Origin: a virus
Lineage: Duplodnaviria > Caudoviricetes
Strand: one strand, 5' to 3'
Length of the DNA stretch: 64,000 nt
Virus record (IMG/VR): IMGVR_UViG_3300013105_000022
Coordinates: 64,001-128,000 of that record
In this document: piece after piece, positions 8,245 to 18,500 of the stretch
How the letters are laid out: the number at the start of each line of letters is the position of its first letter
Position numbering within the stretch: position 1 is the stretch's first letter
Made by a program: the position numbers and the translations under genes
Notes under the pieces: generated by a model
The model's input: the letters and a program-made list of their open reading frames with translations, nothing else
What the model was told of the DNA's origin: nothing
The model's database searches: none

Positions 8245-8939
8245 GTCAAAAGAGGATCATCCATAGGTATTGGTCCGGGCCTAACGAAATGCCCGAGGCC
8301 TACAAAGAGTACGGTCAGAAATGGGAAGACCTCAATCCCGGATGGGTGGTCCTAGATCATGGTGAAGAAATCATTCAATTGTGGCCCGACCTCGCAGATG
8401 TGTTCAATCACCTATACGAGCGAGACGCCGGAAACGACTCCATCGAACTCCACGTTCAAGTTGCAGATGTTGTTGGATACGCACTCATCCGCGAGTTCGG
8501 TGGAGTCTACGTAAACTGTGACATGGAGCCTGTCTCTCCCATTGAAGGCAGGCTTCCAGAAGCCCCGTGGGCGAGCTACGAGAACGAAGAGGACTGGCGC
8601 ATCGTCAACGCCGCTATCGGCGCTCCACAGCCTCAGGATAGCTTCTGGGTAGACCTTTTGACTGGACTACCTGCTCGCTACTTCTCTCGACCCTACGATG
8701 AGATGGTGATGTCTACCGGTCCTGGGTATCTCACCGATTTCTACCATGCGGACGCCAACAACCCACGTCTCTTGATCTTCCCGAAGAGCACATTCAACTC
8801 CGTACACTGGAAGCAGATTGAGACCGGTGGAGATGCCACTGGATTCGAGTATCCAGAAAATGCCATCGCCGTCCACCACTGGGGTCACAAGAAGGACGGT
8901 CGTACCAACCTGATTGAGGGCAACACTCACCATGCGTAA
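8241..8939 (+). CDS. glycosyltransferase, GT32/OCH1-like
   Basis: IIHRYW, EFGGVYVNCD (DxD position reads NCD), TGPG, AVHHW. Confidence 0.85.
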   Translation: MSQKRIIHRYWSGPNEMPEAYKEYGQKWEDLNPGWVVLDHGEEIIQLWPDLADVFNHLYERDAGNDSIELHVQVADVVGYALIREFGGVYVNCDMEPVSPIEGRLPEAPWASYENEEDWRIVNAAIGAPQPQDSFWVDLLTGLPARYFSRPYDEMVMSTGPGYLTDFYHADANNPRLLIFPKSTFNSVHWKQIETGGDATGFEYPENAIAVHHWGHKKDGRTNLIEGNTHHA

Positions 8940-9642
8940 GACTCTGTTCATCACAGCCGCTAACCGTCCGGGCTATTTCAGAGAAGTGATGAACTCCTGG
9001 CGTATGGTGCGTGGCTTCTACGACTGGAAGGTAGTCATCCGCCTAGAGCCGAGCGACTACGTTCCCGAGCACCTAGCCATCATCGAAGAGCTAGAGCATG
9101 AGCACATCCAGGTCATCGTCAACCCTCAGGTCTACGGTGTTCTTCATCACCCCTGGGTGGGGTTCAACGATCTTTTCCAGTTCTCCGAGTTCGTCGTCCG
9201 TGCTGAGGACGATCTGCTCGTGACAGACGACATCCTAGAGTACTTCGAGTGGGCCGCAGAGCAATACCGAGACGATCAGGACGTGGCCGCTGTCATTGGC
9301 TTCACACCGGCCAACCTTGTAGGCGGCGCAAGAGACATCGAGCGCACCCAGTCGTTCTCGCCGTGGGTGTGGGGAACCTGGCAGGATCGCTGGGACGAGT
9401 ACATTCGCGACACATGGGACCACGACTACTCGACGTTCAACGAAGCTCCAGGATTCCAGGCCGGATGGGATTGGAACCTAGACACTCGTGTCCTTCCGCG
9501 CCTGGGTAAGTCCTGTGTGCGACCGTACCTCTCCCGCGTCCAGAACATCGGTGTGCACGGCGTTCACGGCACCCCAGAGAACTTCGTACAGGCTGTAAGG
9601 TGGCTTCCTCACCTAGACTCCGTAGAGTACCAAGAGCGATAG
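8932..9642 (+). CDS. GT-A fold glycosyltransferase
   Basis: ANRP, AEDDL, WVWGTWQDRW, SRVQNIG. Confidence 0.8.
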   Translation: MRKTLFITAANRPGYFREVMNSWRMVRGFYDWKVVIRLEPSDYVPEHLAIIEELEHEHIQVIVNPQVYGVLHHPWVGFNDLFQFSEFVVRAEDDLLVTDDILEYFEWAAEQYRDDQDVAAVIGFTPANLVGGARDIERTQSFSPWVWGTWQDRWDEYIRDTWDHDYSTFNEAPGFQAGWDWNLDTRVLPRLGKSCVRPYLSRVQNIGVHGVHGTPENFVQAVRWLPHLDSVEYQER

Positions 9643-9644
9643 TA
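9636..9644 (+). promoter_or_regulatory. late promoter motif GCGATAGTA
   Basis: 15 nt before leaderless ATG 9651. Confidence 0.8.
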
Positions 9645-9650
9645 GTAGAT

Positions 9651-10115
9651 ATGAGTGAAGAGACTGACGCCCTACGAGACCTAGACGCCGCCCCAGCGAA
9701 TCCGCTAGACGGCATCTTCGTCCTGCCTGGACACATTGCCGCAGACCCGCTCATCCAGGGTTGGTATGACGAGATGGTAAGGCAACTCCGTAGGGAGGCT
9801 GAGGGTATCCCTATGAAGGCCGCTCAGTTCACGCTAATGGAGCGAATCGCTTACTTCTACGCCAACATGCGCTACCAGGAACTGAACGATCCTGACATGT
9901 CTGATCGTCAGCGCCAGGCCAACATTTCTACATGGCAGACGATGCTTGACCAGTTCAACCGTCTCCTGGAGAAGCACAACGACAAGCTAATGAACGAGAT
10001 GGTCCTGAAGGTTCAGGAGATTCTAAAGAATCGTCTCGCGCTCATCTCCGACCCTTCTGAGAGGGCCGCACTCCGCCGCGCATACGCGGAGGACTTCGCA
10101 AACCTCGACCTCTAA
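9651..10115 (+). CDS. putative terminase small subunit
   Basis: Helical protein just upstream of TerL; function inferred from position only. Confidence 0.45.
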   Translation: MSEETDALRDLDAAPANPLDGIFVLPGHIAADPLIQGWYDEMVRQLRREAEGIPMKAAQFTLMERIAYFYANMRYQELNDPDMSDRQRQANISTWQTMLDQFNRLLEKHNDKLMNEMVLKVQEILKNRLALISDPSERAALRRAYAEDFANLDL

Positions 10116-10124
10116 GGAGAGACC

Positions 10125-10283
10125 ATGTGTGACGGTAAGTGTGATTGTGAGACAGGACCCCAGGAGGCTCAGCGCCTTCAGCGTGACGCTACGAAGTCTC
10201 GCGCCGATGGACCACTGGGACCTGTAGTAGACCCTGAGGATAACGACAAGCCTCAGCCAGGAACAGAGGATGTGCCAGTATGA
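10125..10283 (+). CDS. 52-aa hypothetical protein
   Basis: AAGGAG RBS; MCDGKCDCETG... Confidence 0.6.
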   Translation: MCDGKCDCETGPQEAQRLQRDATKSRADGPLGPVVDPEDNDKPQPGTEDVPV

Positions 10284-10576
10284 GCGGCATGATGGAACAC
10301 GAAGACTTCTACTTCGCTATCAAGCTTTCTAGCTCAGCTTCTCTGGATGAATCACCTAAGCACAACTGGGTTGAGGATGCCGGTGGGCTTCCTCCCTATG
10401 TTCGAGAACTCGCCCGAGGCATCATGAAGAGCGGAAAGAGTAAGTCGCAGGCAATTGCTATTGCCATCAGCCGCATCAAGAAGTGGGCCTCGGGCGGGGA
10501 TGGCGTTGATCCGGATACTCGTGCAAAGGCCGCGAAGGCTCTGGCACAGTGGGAAGCACTAAAGGCCAAGAAGTAG
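10280..10576 (+). CDS. small basic, probably capsid-associated protein
   Basis: Acidic leader ending AIKLSS, then a basic helical domain. Confidence 0.6.
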   Translation: MSGMMEHEDFYFAIKLSSSASLDESPKHNWVEDAGGLPPYVRELARGIMKSGKSKSQAIAIAISRIKKWASGGDGVDPDTRAKAAKALAQWEALKAKK

Positions 10577-10610
10577 AACATTTGGGCGAATGTACTGCTA
10601 AGATGGTAGT

Positions 10611-12506
10611 ATGTCCAAATTCATGACCATGCATGAGTTCTTCAGCGAGCCTGAAGAAACTCTACAAGAGGGAAGTCTAAGCTCTATCTTTGCCGAGGAG
10701 CCGGTAGACCTTCGTACCTTTATCCGAGACCCCAAATTCCTCGGACAGACGAACGTCGAGCTATCTCCAGAACAGGCGCGTGCCATTCAGGTAATTGAGC
10801 GTGTCTACTACCCAGACCTATATCCGCGCATGGCGGAAGAGTTCGAATTCGGTGAGTACTGGGGTCAGGACATCCCTAGCGCTAACCTCATCACTCTCCA
10901 GTGGGGTAAGGGTTCTGGTAAGGACGCCATTTGCCGTTGGGCCTCGCTCCGTGTGGCATATCTACTTCTCTGCCTCAAGTCTCCGCAGTTGTACTTCGAC
11001 ATGCCTGAGACTGACTCCATTCACCTTCTGAACATTGCCGCTAACGCTCCTCAGGCTAACCGAGCGTTCTTCAAGCCTATGACCACTGCCGTCAAGCAGG
11101 GATGGTTCAAGGGCAAGGCAATCATCCGTCAGGGTGAAATCGAGTACGACAAGAACATCTTCGCCGTGTCTGGTCACTCTGACGCTGAAGGTCAAGAAGG
11201 TCTGAACATCATGCTTGGTGTTGCTGACGAGATTGACGCCTTCAAGGCCAAGGATGAGATGGTCGGAACGGGTAAGAAGCTCCGTGAGGCTTCCACATCC
11301 GCTGAGTCGATTCTAGAAATGCTGAAGACCTCCGCATCTACTCGATTCCCGAAGACCTACAAGCGCGTAGCCATTTCCTACCCTCGCTACCTTGGATCGA
11401 CTATCCAGCAGTTGACCACAGAAGGTCGTGAGTCGAACGAGAAGTACGGCGCGCGCTCTATTCACTACGTCTCCGGACCCCTAGCTACTTGGGATGTCAA
11501 CCCCCGTATCTCTGGTAAGGAAGACTTCTTCGAGGACTATGAGAAGGACCCTGTAGGTTCTGCCGCCAAGTACGAGTGCAAGCCTTCCCGAGCTATCGAC
11601 CCGTTCTTCCGCAACATGGACATCTTCAAGCTGGCCGTGGATAACGATGTCATGCCTCTCACCATCGACTACAAGCCGGTGAACTACTACTCCCCTCACT
11701 ACCACCGCAATGTGCGTGGCTGGGAGCCGATCTTCCACTTCTCTCCTGACTTCAAGCCGATCCAGGGTGCTCGCTACGCACTCCACGGTGACCTTGCTAT
11801 CAAGGGTGACCGTGCCGGTATCGCTATGAGCCACGTCGAGAAGTGGGAACACTTCGACGCCACTCTGGTGGACAATGAGGGAGCGAACTATCAGAAGGAG
11901 ATTGTTCGTCCTCTGATTCGCAATGACTTCACCATCTCGTTCGAGGCTAAGGCTGAGGCACGAGACACCAATGGTGACCCACTTCCCCGCGAAATCCAGA
12001 TTCGATGGGTACGAATGCTGGCTGAAGAACTCCAGAACCGTGGATTCCCTATCAGCCTATTCACTTTCGACAGCTTCCAGTCTGCGGACACTATTCAGAT
12101 TTTCACGTCCCAGGGCGTGGAGTCAAACAAGGTATCTACCGACCGTGATCCATCCCTATGGTCGTCCCTCAAGGACGTAGCATCTGAGGGTCGTCTACGC
12201 ATGCCATTCGATCAGCTACTTATGAATGAGCTTGAGGCACTTTCTAGAATTGACAACGGAAAGGTAGATCATCCGCCGAACGGCTCTAAGGACTTGGCGG
12301 ACGCATTCTGTTGCTCAATCGCTGGTGCCATTGTCGTAGGTGGAGAGGAATCCCCCGATGGCGCGATAGTAGATGTCGGAGGCGCATACTTCATGACGGG
12401 TCCTGCGCTTAGCCCGCTAGAGGGCATGGACGACGTATCGCAGACGTTGGGCGATCCGATGGGTATGCCACTAGGATTCCCGGATAGAGGAACATATGGC
12501 TGGTAA
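10611..12506 (+). CDS. terminase large subunit
   Basis: GKGSGKD Walker A, VADEID Walker B, HGDLA and VDHPPNGSKDLAD nuclease motifs. Confidence 0.92.
   Translation: MSKFMTMHEFFSEPEETLQEGSLSSIFAEEPVDLRTFIRDPKFLGQTNVELSPEQARAIQVIERVYYPDLYPRMAEEFEFGEYWGQDIPSANLITLQWGKGSGKDAICRWASLRVAYLLLCLKSPQLYFDMPETDSIHLLNIAANAPQANRAFFKPMTTAVKQGWFKGKAIIRQGEIEYDKNIFAVSGHSDAEGQEGLNIMLGVADEIDAFKAKDEMVGTGKKLREASTSAESILEMLKTSASTRFPKTYKRVAISYPRYLGSTIQQLTTEGRESNEKYGARSIHYVSGPLATWDVNPRISGKEDFFEDYEKDPVGSAAKYECKPSRAIDPFFRNMDIFKLAVDNDVMPLTIDYKPVNYYSPHYHRNVRGWEPIFHFSPDFKPIQGARYALHGDLAIKGDRAGIAMSHVEKWEHFDATLVDNEGANYQKEIVRPLIRNDFTISFEAKAEARDTNGDPLPREIQIRWVRMLAEELQNRGFPISLFTFDSFQSADTIQIFTSQGVESNKVSTDRDPSLWSSLKDVASEGRLRMPFDQLLMNELEALSRIDNGKVDHPPNGSKDLADAFCCSIAGAIVVGGEESPDGAIVDVGGAYFMTGPALSPLEGMDDVSQTLGDPMGMPLGFPDRGTYGW
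12363..12371 (+). promoter_or_regulatory. late promoter motif within the terL 3' end, serving portal
   Basis: GCGATAGTA 133 nt before the portal start. Confidence 0.65.
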
Positions 12507-14394
12507 GGACGACGAAGACAACAAGCTTGAGGCAGGCGAGGTCGCGGCTAACAACCCGAACGCCTTCCCAAAGCCGAAGGACAGTGAGCTTGGCATCGAA
12601 CTCGGTGTGGAGCAAAACCTGCCCTTTGCTGTACCCTTCAGCGACGGCCTTGGAAAGAAGGCACGCCAGGACAAGGAGCTACGAGAGCTTCTTCGTGACG
12701 AGTCCGAAGAGCAGGGTCCTTCTGTATCCCAGCTAATCGCTATGCGCCGTCTGGATGGTCAGGCTCGTGCTCTGTATCGTCTACTCACGCTCCCTCTGCG
12801 TGCCGCTCTCTCCAAGAGCACCTTCATCCCCGCCGATGGGGGAGAAGAAGAAGCAGAGTTCATCGATCACCAGTTCAACCTCCCACCGGCATCCGGTGGT
12901 ATGACTGTGACCTTCCACAGGTTCATGGCTCAGCTTCTCCAGGCTCTGTTCGACGGGTTCTCTCCTTTCGAGATGGTCTACGACTACTCTACGTACGGTC
13001 CTATGAAGGGCAAGTACTACCTGAAGAAGATGGCCTACCGCCAGCCAAACACCATCACCGTTATCGAGGACGAGGATGGCCACTTCGCTGGCTTCCGTCA
13101 GCGCGCCTACGCTAACGGCAAGGCTTACGATGTCGTGATCCCTCGCGAGCGTGCGTTCTACTTCGCCGCTCAAGAGGAAGAGCGCAAGTACTACGGTGTG
13201 AGCTTCTTCCAGAGTGCGTTCTACCACTACGACAAGAAGATCAAGATGTACTACATCGCCCACCTGGCCGCTCAGCGTGCCGCCGTGGGTACTCGTGTGG
13301 GTAAGTTCCCGACCAACATGTCTGAGATTCAGAAGCGCCAGTTCGCTCAGAACCTCTCCAACCTGGCCGTGGCACAGTGGATGCTCGTTCCGATGGACGC
13401 TGAGGTTGAAATCCTCAAGGACAGCGGTTCCTTCGCGTTCCTGGACTACATCAACCACCACAACCACATGATGGCTCAGTCCATCCTTGCGGGCTTCTTC
13501 GACTCTGACACAGGTACAGGCGAGAGTGACAACACTCTCGTCAAGTTCGGCACGCCTGGCGACACCATGTTCTTCCTGATGCTTCAGGCCATCATGGACG
13601 ACATCGCCAACTCGATCAACCACTACATCATCCCGCCGCTCATCGACTGGAACTTCTCGGGTGGAAAGTACCCGACATTCCAGTGGTCTGAGATTACGGC
13701 TGAGCAGAAGTCTCTCATCTACGAGACCTTCAAGACGCTCGCCAACGCCGAGACTGTATCCCCTGAGTTCACCCGTGAACTAGAAATCAAGATGGCCGAT
13801 GACATGGGCCTTGAGATTGACTGGGATGAGGTCGAAGCTCGCGAGGCCATTGAGAAGGAATCCGAGAACATGGTCAACGGTCTCGACGCAGACGGTAAGC
13901 CTCTGCCGAAGGACGCTATGGGCAACCCGATCCTCCCAGGTCAGGACAACCCGGATGCCGCCCTCCAGGCTTTCGAGACTCAGGCCGCTGGCGCTGGTGC
14001 CATTCCAGAGGCTACAGATGAAGAGAAGAAGGCTGTCAAGCTCTCTGCCGACGAGAGCCTACTAGACATGGCTTCTGACCTTCTGAAGCTCGCCCGTCCT
14101 ACCTCCGGCTCGTACCGAACGGTACGTACTCAGGAGGGTGCAGAGCGCTTCGACGTATCCATTGGTCAGCAGATTCCTGCTGGCGCTGGACGAGACGAAG
14201 AGGGCGGCAAGCGCAAGGTAACTGTCGAGCGTCTGATGTCTCTCCGTTCCCAGTTCGATGAGGCTAAGCGCGCCGGTAACCAGGCCGTTGCCGACAAGGC
14301 TATGGAAGCCCTGAAGAAGGCAGTCTACGACTACACAGGTTCCTGGTCTCCTTCCATGTTCATCCAGACGATGAAGAAGCTCCCGACTAAGTAA
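12496..14394 (+). CDS. portal protein (Mu gp29/DUF935-like) with C-terminal extension
   Basis: Follows TerL; GFSPFEMVY and IIPPLIDWNF patterns. Confidence 0.85.
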   Translation: MAGKDDEDNKLEAGEVAANNPNAFPKPKDSELGIELGVEQNLPFAVPFSDGLGKKARQDKELRELLRDESEEQGPSVSQLIAMRRLDGQARALYRLLTLPLRAALSKSTFIPADGGEEEAEFIDHQFNLPPASGGMTVTFHRFMAQLLQALFDGFSPFEMVYDYSTYGPMKGKYYLKKMAYRQPNTITVIEDEDGHFAGFRQRAYANGKAYDVVIPRERAFYFAAQEEERKYYGVSFFQSAFYHYDKKIKMYYIAHLAAQRAAVGTRVGKFPTNMSEIQKRQFAQNLSNLAVAQWMLVPMDAEVEILKDSGSFAFLDYINHHNHMMAQSILAGFFDSDTGTGESDNTLVKFGTPGDTMFFLMLQAIMDDIANSINHYIIPPLIDWNFSGGKYPTFQWSEITAEQKSLIYETFKTLANAETVSPEFTRELEIKMADDMGLEIDWDEVEAREAIEKESENMVNGLDADGKPLPKDAMGNPILPGQDNPDAALQAFETQAAGAGAIPEATDEEKKAVKLSADESLLDMASDLLKLARPTSGSYRTVRTQEGAERFDVSIGQQIPAGAGRDEEGGKRKVTVERLMSLRSQFDEAKRAGNQAVADKAMEALKKAVYDYTGSWSPSMFIQTMKKLPTK

Positions 14395-14402
14395 GGGGCG
14401 CT

Positions 14403-15188
14403 ATGACCTCCTTCAAGGAGCAGATGCGAGTACACGAGGCCTCCAGGGAAGCAACCTCTGCCCTGGAGGCTGTGTCTCGTAGCGCCATCGAGCGTATCTT
14501 CTCCGAGTGGGAGTCAGACATTCATGATGCCCGTAGCGTGCGCTGGGAGCTAGAACGAGTAATTCGTAACGCCTACCGATCCAGCGCTAACGTAGCTCGT
14601 AACGTGGCCTCTGAATCCTCTGGCCTGCCTGACTGGTCATCTGCCGAAGTCTTCAACTCTTCCTACCTCCAGTCGCTGATCCTGGACGTTCGTCGCAACC
14701 TCCGTGACTACAAGAGCGGCAACCTCTCCAGGGAAGGTGCAGTCTCTCGAATCCAGCACTCTGCCGGTGTAGCCGCACAGCGTGGATACACGGATCAGAC
14801 CATCGCTTCCTACACAGAGCTTGAGGACTTCGGCCTGGAGCTACGCAAGTACTGGGTGGCCAACTTCGTCAACAACACCCCGTGCCCTGCATGCACGCGC
14901 CTACACGGCACGGCTGTGGGATTGCATGAGATGTTCCGCACGGAGACAGGCGAGCCTGGAGTCTACCGTGACCTCATTGGTCCTCCCCGCCATCCGAACT
15001 GCAAGTGCCGCCTCTACATCTTCGTGGTCTCGCTGGAGAACGCCTTTGAGTCTCCCAACTTCGAGAAGCCTCAGGAAGCTCCTCAGATGATGAGCACTGA
15101 CGACGTGAAGAAGATGCCGCTGTCTATCTTTGGAGCCGTCAGAGCGAGCCTGAGCGCCATTCTGAGCTTCCTACGAAAGGGACGCTGA
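14403..15188 (+). CDS. MuF-like minor head protein
   Basis: CPACTRLHG...PPRHPNCKC. Confidence 0.85.
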   Translation: MTSFKEQMRVHEASREATSALEAVSRSAIERIFSEWESDIHDARSVRWELERVIRNAYRSSANVARNVASESSGLPDWSSAEVFNSSYLQSLILDVRRNLRDYKSGNLSREGAVSRIQHSAGVAAQRGYTDQTIASYTELEDFGLELRKYWVANFVNNTPCPACTRLHGTAVGLHEMFRTETGEPGVYRDLIGPPRHPNCKCRLYIFVVSLENAFESPNFEKPQEAPQMMSTDDVKKMPLSIFGAVRASLSAILSFLRKGR

Positions 15189-15409
15189 TGCACTTCCAAT
15201 CCTCCCGTATCATGTTCGACTCCCTGGACGCCGCAGTGGAGGGACTACTGGTTGTGCTCGAAGACGCACGCGAGACAGTCTTCAAGTACAGCTTCGGTTC
15301 CCTATCCGCAGAACAGGTCTACGCCTCTGGTCTCATGCTCATCGGAGAGATTGAGGAAGTCACCCACAAGCTGGAGCAGATCGCGGGCACTACCCGGTAC
15401 GACGACTGA
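15188..15409 (+). CDS. hypothetical protein
   Basis: TGATG coupling. Confidence 0.65.
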   Translation: MHFQSSRIMFDSLDAAVEGLLVVLEDARETVFKYSFGSLSAEQVYASGLMLIGEIEEVTHKLEQIAGTTRYDD

Positions 15410-15411
15410 GC

Positions 15412-15420
15412 GCGATAGTA
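15412..15420 (+). promoter_or_regulatory. late promoter motif
   Basis: GCGATAGTA upstream of the giant ORF; TGGTATGAT also at 15466-15474. Confidence 0.75.
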
Positions 15421-15507
15421 ACGGTAAATCTTCTTTCCCCGCTAGAGAATTCTTCTTCAATCTTCTGGTATGATGGAGAGGTACGTCCAGAGACTTTAGG
15501 AGTCTGC

Positions 15508-18500
15508 GTGAGCACCGAACTAGAACTTGAGTTCATCGAACTAGCCGTAGGTAAGGGCCGTCGAGTCCAGACCGCTGAAGGTGCTAGGTTCTACGGTCAG
15601 CCTATTGGCACGCTCATCACGCCGGACATGATTAAGAAGGCGCGCTCTGCCGCCAAGGCAAAGGGCATCACCCCGCCCAAGGGTGGCCTCTCTCCGAAGA
15701 AGGCACCCCAGGTATCTGTAGGTGCTGGCAAGGCGTCTCCCGCTGGCAACTTCAATGCTGATCCATCCGCTGGAGCACCTGTAGGCGCTGACACTTCCGG
15801 CAAATTCCAGGTGAAGCCCTCCTCTATCAAGGGTCCTCAAGGATTCAAGGTCGGCGCTACTCAGTACTCCGCTCCTTCCGGCTCTAAGCTCATTCGTCCG
15901 AAGAATCAGGAAGAGTTCGCGTACGTCGTAACTCCGGATGGTTCTGTTCACGCCTTCACCGCCGCCGGTGAGCTAGACGTACCCGACTACCTAGAGCCTG
16001 TCCTTACGAAGAAGTTCAAGGACCTCAAGGGTGATGACACCCTCTACAAGGTAGACACCTTCGATGCCCCGTCCTCCTTGGCTGAGCAGAAGCCAGGCTC
16101 TACGCTGTCCAAGAACGGCAAGCCTCTGTTCAAGAAGCAGGCCAACGGCGTGTGGATGAACGAGGACATCGGTGCTGAGCTTACTGACGATGACCTACAG
16201 CGCCTCTACGATGGTGGTAGCTTCGATCTGGAGCCTGCCAACACTGTCGAGGACATCGACTTCTCAAAGCTGACTACTGACGAGCTTCAGGCCGCTCTTG
16301 AGGCTATGCCTGACGGCAAGCAGATGAAGTTCTCCAAGACTGTCGTAACCAAGAAGAACGGCAAGTGGAACTCCTCCGCCACAGGAAAGAACACTTCCTC
16401 TGAGGACCTGGCATACATGTCAGCAGGTACCGGCTCTATCACAGACAAGCTCGACAACCCTGAGGTAGCCCCAGAGCCTGGTAAGGCTGACAAGGCCGCT
16501 AAGGAGAAGGAAGCTTCTGACCCGCTTCGTAATCCAGAAAATGAGCTAAATGAGACAAATGCTCAGAAGAAGAAGGCGACAGAAGCCAAGGCTACGGGCG
16601 CGGAAATTCTAAAGTCCGAAGTCGGAGCAGTGGTATACCATGACGTTGCCGGTGCCCTCACCAAGCAGGACAATTCCACCTGGGAGAACACTGACGGAGC
16701 CTCCTTCGCAGAAGTAAATATTGTTGACTCTGCCAACATGGGTTACATCTCTAATGAGCCTTGGACTCCAGAGCAGAAGGATGCTAAGGAGAAGTTCGAC
16801 GCCGAGAACACCCTGACGGTTGGGGGCAAGGAGCTATCCACCGTAGGTAAGTTCGGTGAGAACGACCGCTCCGAGGCCATCAAGGCAGATGGCGGATCGA
16901 CACCGAACGTCTTCGAGCTAGAAGCTACTCCAGAGAACGTTAAGACGTTCCGTGACGCCATGCAGAAGTCGCTTGAGGGAAACCCTTACTCTGCATCCGT
17001 GTACGTCTACGACGAGTCCGACTACGCGGGTATGCGCCTCTTCCTGTCCGACGATGGAAAGAGCGGTATCGCCCTGCACGACGGAGACGAGATTGTCTCC
17101 GTCTTCAGCGACCCCAAGAGCAAGAACAAGAAGGTAGCTCGCCACCTAATCTCCGTAGCTGTGGAGAACGGTGGAAAGCGCCTAGACGCCTTCGACACAG
17201 TGCTACCGGGAATCTACGCTAAGGAGGGCTTCATTGTCAAGTCTCGCCTGAAGTGGGATGACGACTTCGCCCCGGAGAACTGGAACAAGGAAACCTTCAA
17301 GAAGTTCAACAACGGCGAGCCGGATGTTGTCTTCATGCAGTACGAGAAGGGCATGGAAGACCTCGACTACGAGCCGGGTTCCGGAGACTACGTAGATGAC
17401 TACGACAAGGGCCTAGCATCCACCGGCGGTAAGGCACAGGACGAGAACGACTATCGTCCTGAGATTGGCGACCCTGATAACGAAGAGAACAGCGTAGAGA
17501 CCACCAAGAGCGGCTACGTTGTCAACGATGAGGTCAAGTCTTCCCTAGCTGAGGGTAAGAAGATCAACGCCATCCTCAACCTGAAGAACTCCAACAAGGG
17601 GATGTCTCTGGCTGAGGCCAAGAAGGAAATCGACGCGATGGTTCTCGAAGGGTACCAGCCCGGAGACACCGTAAGTGGAAACATGCTCTGGGAGCTTCCA
17701 GAGGGTGCCAAGATCAAGACCGCTTCAGGTGGAGAGTTCACCAAGAACGAGAATGGCAACTGGGTCACCAAGAACGGTGGTGTCTTCTCTTCGAGCGATA
17801 TGTACGATGACGGTATGGATGCTGAGATTGTAAGCAACCCTGCCGCCAAGCAGAAGAAGATCGAAGCACCGAAGGTTGAAGAGCCTGAGGTTGATCCTGA
17901 TGAGGAGTTCCACAGCCTTCTCGAAGCGAATGAAGTCACAGTCGAGAAGCTGATTGACCTCAAGGCCGGAGACATCATCTCCAACGGTGAGTTTGAGTTC
18001 ACCAAGGATGAGAACGACAAGTTCGTCAACGACCAGTTCCTATACGAGTTCGACGCTGACGACTTCTCCCAGGACATCGACAATGGCAAGATTTCCATTG
18101 TCGAGCAGACCGGCTCTGACGATGAAGAAGCCGTAGATGCAGACACCGCAACTGTAGACGACCTCAAGGCTATGAAGCCGGGTGACTCCGTGAACATCGC
18201 GGATTTCAAGTACGTCATGAATGATGATGGGAAGCTGGTTTCGGACACGAGCGGGTGGCTGTTTGACCCGCAGGAATTCGAGCAGGACCTAAAGACGTGG
18301 GGTTCTAAGAAGAGTGACATCACTCCGTCTCAGACTGTCGAAAAGTACGGCGAGAACGGCAACGAGTTCCTTCCAGAGGCTCAGGCTAAGCAGGCCATCG
18401 AGTCCCTGGAAGCACACTCTGGTTTCCAGATCAAGTACGGACTGAAGTCTCTGCCTGAGGATCACCCGCTCAAGAACCAGGAGTACCTTGACGGGTACCT

